This document shows, piece by piece, positions 60,557 through 64,000 of a DNA stretch of 64,000 nucleotides. The translations under genes and the position numbers were made by a program. The stretch comes from Neophaeotheca triangularis (lineage: Eukaryota). The notes under the pieces are model-generated. The model was not told where the DNA came from. It ran no database searches and saw only the letters and a program-made list of their open reading frames with translations. The stretch spans positions 124,001 to 188,000 of the forward strand of contig BAAIJX010000004.1 in NCBI GenBank assembly GCA_054600435.1, read 5' to 3'. Within the stretch, counting starts at the first letter, position 1. Each line of letters begins with the position of its first letter.

Positions 60557-63500
60557 ATGGCGCCAGCTCTCGACATGGACGCCAGCAAGCATACCGATGG
60601 ACAAGTCAAGTCCGAGAACAAGCAGTCGGTGCAGGCTCTTGAGGAGCTGATGAAGAAGCTCTCCGTCAGCAAGGCCGCCGACGAGGTTAAGAACGTTAAC
60701 CAGGAGCTCGCCACATTTATCAATGGCGACATCGAGGAGAAGGCTGCCCCGACGCAGTTCGTCGAGGGCGTGAAGAAGATGTTGGCCGACAAGAAGAACG
60801 CCGACGCCAGGCAGCACGCTTGCGAGGCAATTGCCGCTGTCGCAAAGCACGCCGACGTCTCCCCATCCGTCGAGCCCTACCTCGTCTCTCTTCTTCCCTC
60901 CGTCTTGGCCGCCGTTGGCGACAAGATGGTCCCTGTCAAGGTCGCTGCCAACGACGCCGCCCTCGCCATCACCAAGGCCACCAACCCCAACGCCGTCAAG
61001 CTCCTCATTCCCAGCTTCGTTGAGAGCATCCACAACGCCCAGAAGTGGCCCGAGAAGATGTGCGACTTGGAGTGCATCGAAGCTCTTTGCGAGACAGCCA
61101 AGGCTCAAACCGCATACCGTGTACCTGAGCTCATCCCCATTGTCTCTGAGGCCATGTGGGACACCAAGCCCGAAGTCAAGAAGAGAGCCTACGGCACCAT
61201 GGAGAAGCTTTGCGCGCTCATCGTCAACAAGGATATTGAGCGCTTCATTCCTGAGCTGATCAAGTGTATCGCCAAGCCCGAGAACGTCCCCGAGACCATT
61301 CACTTGCTCGGTGCCACCACATTCGTCACCGACGTCCACGAGCCCACCCTCGCCATCATGGTGCCCCTGCTCGAGCGTGGTCTCAAGGAGCGCGAGACCC
61401 CCATCAAGAGAAAGGCTGCCGTCATTGTCGACAACATGTGCAAGCTTGTCGAGGACCCCAACATTGTCGCCTCTTTCTTGCCCAAGCTGATGCCTCAGCT
61501 GCAATACAACTACGACCAATTGGCCGACCCCGAAGCGCGTGAGAAGACCAAGCAAGGTTTGGACACTCTCGTCCGCGTCGGCAACGTCAAGGACGGCAAG
61601 ATCCCCGAGGCCACCCACCACGGTGACGTTGCCACCATCTTCGCCAACGTGAAGACGGCGCTCGGCAGCAAATACTCTGCCGCCCTTGAGCAATTCTCCA
61701 CCATCCTCAACTACGCCGCCGCTATCGGTGGTCAGCTCATCGATGAGAAGGAGTATGAGCCCGTCTCTTGGACGACCCAGCTCAACGCTTACATCCAGGC
61801 CGCCCTTGGCGACTCTGAGACCGCAAAGATTGTTGATGACATTCGCAAGCGCTCCATCCCCGGTGCTGAGGCCGAGGACGAGGTCGAGCCTGACGAGGAG
61901 GAGGGTAATGACCTGTGCAACTGCACCTTCAACTTGGCTTACGGTGCAAAGATCTTGCTGAACCAGACTCATCTCCGTCTGAAGCGCGGTCAGCGTTACG
62001 GTCTGCTCGGTCCCAACGGTTCCGGCAAGACCACCCTCATGCGCGCCATCAACAACGAGCAAGTCGAGGGTTTCCCCAAGCAGAGCGAGGTCAAGACTGT
62101 CTACGTCGAGCACGACCTGGACGCCGCCGACACCGAATTCACTGTCCTTGGCTGGACCGTCATGAAGCTGAGGTCTGTCGGCATTGAGCTCCCCGAGAAG
62201 GACGTCGAAACCCAGCTTATCGAGTTCGGTTTCGCTCCTGAGCAGCTCAACGGCCCCATCACCGCCCTCTCTGGTGGTTGGAAGATGAAGCTGGCGCTTG
62301 CCCGTGCCGTCTTCGAGAAGCCCGATATTCTCCTCCTCGACGAGCCTACCAACCACTTGGATGTGAAGAACGTCAAGTGGCTCGAGGACTACCTTATCAA
62401 CTCGCCTTGCACATCCATCATCATCTCCCACGACTCCCGCTTCTTGGACGACGTTATTCAGCACGTTATCCACTACGAGCGCTTCAAGCTGAAGCGTTAC
62501 CGTGGTACCCTTTCCGAGTTCGTCAAGCGTGTCCCCTCCGCCAAGTCTTACTACGAGCTCGGTGCCGGCGACATGGAGTTCAAGTTCCCCGAGCCCGGTT
62601 TCCTCGAGGGTGTCAAGACAAAGGCCAAGGCCATTGTTCGTGTCTCCAACATGACCTTCCAGTACGAGGGCACCAGCAAGCCGCAAGTCGAGGACATCAC
62701 GTTCCAGTGCTCCCTCGGCTCGCGTATTGCCGTCATTGGTCCCAACGGTGCCGGCAAGTCTACGCTCATCAACGTGCTCACTGGTGAGCTGATCCCCACC
62801 AAGGGTGACGTCTACCAGCACGAGAACATCCGTATCGCGTACATTAAGCAGCACGCTTTCGCCCACATTGACCACCATTTGGACAAGACTCCTTCCGAGT
62901 ACATTCAATGGCGTTTCCAGACTGGTGAGGACCGTGAGACCATGGACCGCGCCAACAAGATCGTTACCGAGGACGACGAGAAGGCCATGGACAAGATCTA
63001 CCGCATCGAAGGCACTCAGCGTCGCGTCATCGGTATCCACTCGCGCAGAAAGTTCAAGAACTCCTACGAGTACGAGTGTTCGTTCGCTCTTGGTGACAAC
63101 GTCGGCATGAAGAACGAGAAGTGGACCCCCATGATGACTGCCGACAACGCCTGGATCCCCCGTTCCGAGATCATCCAGTCGCATCAAAAGATGGTTGCCG
63201 ATGTCGACCAAAAGGAGGCTCTTGCTTCCGGTCAATTCCGTCCCCTGGTCCGCAAGGAGATTGAGCAGCACTGCGCCAACTTCGGCATCGACACCGAGCT
63301 CGTCTCCCACTCCCGTATGCGTGGTCTCTCCGGTGGCCAGCGTGTCAAGGTTGTGCTCGCCGCCTGCTCGTGGCAACGCCCTCACTTGATCGTCCTCGAC
63401 GAGCCTACCAACTACCTCGACCGTGACTCGCTGGGCGCTCTCTCCAAGGCCCTCAAGGCTTTCGAGGGTGGTGTCATCATCATCACGCACAGCGCCGAGT

Positions 63501-63766
63501 TCACCAAGGACTTGACCGAGGAAGTGTGGGCCGTCATGGACGGCCGCATGACTCCCTCGGGCCACAACTGGGTCCAAGGTCAGGGTGCCGGTCCCCGTCT
63601 CGCCGCCGGCGAGGACGAGGAGGAGAAGTTCGACGCCATGGGCAACAAGATCGAGAGCACCAAGAAGCAGAAGAAGCTTACGTCGGCCGAGCTGCGCAAA
63701 AAGAAGAAGGACCGCATGGCCAGGCGCAAGCGTGGTGAGGAGGTCTTCTCCGACGAGGACGACTGA
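60557..63766 (+). CDS. YEF3: Translation elongation factor eEF3 (HEAT region plus two ABC domains)
   Basis: [49 protein letters not shown] and a Lys/Arg-rich tail; strong codon bias; intronless. Confidence 0.97.
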   Translation: MAPALDMDASKHTDGQVKSENKQSVQALEELMKKLSVSKAADEVKNVNQELATFINGDIEEKAAPTQFVEGVKKMLADKKNADARQHACEAIAAVAKHADVSPSVEPYLVSLLPSVLAAVGDKMVPVKVAANDAALAITKATNPNAVKLLIPSFVESIHNAQKWPEKMCDLECIEALCETAKAQTAYRVPELIPIVSEAMWDTKPEVKKRAYGTMEKLCALIVNKDIERFIPELIKCIAKPENVPETIHLLGATTFVTDVHEPTLAIMVPLLERGLKERETPIKRKAAVIVDNMCKLVEDPNIVASFLPKLMPQLQYNYDQLADPEAREKTKQGLDTLVRVGNVKDGKIPEATHHGDVATIFANVKTALGSKYSAALEQFSTILNYAAAIGGQLIDEKEYEPVSWTTQLNAYIQAALGDSETAKIVDDIRKRSIPGAEAEDEVEPDEEEGNDLCNCTFNLAYGAKILLNQTHLRLKRGQRYGLLGPNGSGKTTLMRAINNEQVEGFPKQSEVKTVYVEHDLDAADTEFTVLGWTVMKLRSVGIELPEKDVETQLIEFGFAPEQLNGPITALSGGWKMKLALARAVFEKPDILLLDEPTNHLDVKNVKWLEDYLINSPCTSIIISHDSRFLDDVIQHVIHYERFKLKRYRGTLSEFVKRVPSAKSYYELGAGDMEFKFPEPGFLEGVKTKAKAIVRVSNMTFQYEGTSKPQVEDITFQCSLGSRIAVIGPNGAGKSTLINVLTGELIPTKGDVYQHENIRIAYIKQHAFAHIDHHLDKTPSEYIQWRFQTGEDRETMDRANKIVTEDDEKAMDKIYRIEGTQRRVIGIHSRRKFKNSYEYECSFALGDNVGMKNEKWTPMMTADNAWIPRSEIIQSHQKMVADVDQKEALASGQFRPLVRKEIEQHCANFGIDTELVSHSRMRGLSGGQRVKVVLAACSWQRPHLIVLDEPTNYLDRDSLGALSKALKAFEGGVIIITHSAEFTKDLTEEVWAVMDGRMTPSGHNWVQGQGAGPRLAAGEDEEEKFDAMGNKIESTKKQKKLTSAELRKKKKDRMARRKRGEEVFSDEDD

Positions 63767-64000
63767 GCGTATCGCCCCCACAACACAAAAGTACAATGAT
63801 GGAAGACTGGTCACGAGCGTTCGTAAACGGCATTTTTGGGCATAAGGCGTTTTTTGTGACATTAATCTGATAGCATTTAGATGATTCCCTTATTCTGATG
63901 AGAGGATTCTGCGAGTGGTGGCTTGTTTATCCACACTGCCTTCGACGATGTTCCGCGGGAGAGAGTGGATAGAGATAGATGCAGTCAAGTGCGTGGTTAC

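Noticed and set aside
60491..63862. 1123-aa antisense ORF spanning eEF3
   Set aside because: It is a codon-aligned mirror of a highly biased gene that avoids TTA, CTA and TCA, so the antisense frame lacks stops. It has no independent protein features.

Overview
Gene-dense eukaryotic DNA from a filamentous ascomycete (short GT-AG introns with CTRAC branch points and the fungal factor eEF3; Dothideomycete affinity is my impression only). About 21 protein-coding genes can be assembled, mostly housekeeping: a PPR protein, mitochondrial uS4m/NAM9, an SLC26 transporter, a PH-domain protein, GH125, CIC1/UTP30-like, L2HGDH-like, CLD1-like, GFA, UCH37, OM14-like, SSH4, KAP104, THI80, MIA40, D-LDH, a PTH11-like gene with an in-frame stop, a secreted Cys-rich protein, an MCH1-like MFS, TMS1/Serinc and eEF3. 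The strongest non-coding signal is a ~1 kb ORF-free, heavily base-paired segment (~5250-6266, +). It carries a 1.5-repeat telomere template (ACCCTAACC) and ends at an ATAAGT motif, making it a candidate compact telomerase RNA. Other points of interest: a 2-nt micro-exon or alternative stwintron in the OM14-like gene, a possible GUG-initiated N-terminal extension with an Atg8-interacting-like motif in that gene, stop-free 3n introns, and several decayed gene relics. No rRNA, tRNA, CRISPR array or intact transposon was recognised. All calls were made by eye; no searches or folding programs were run.
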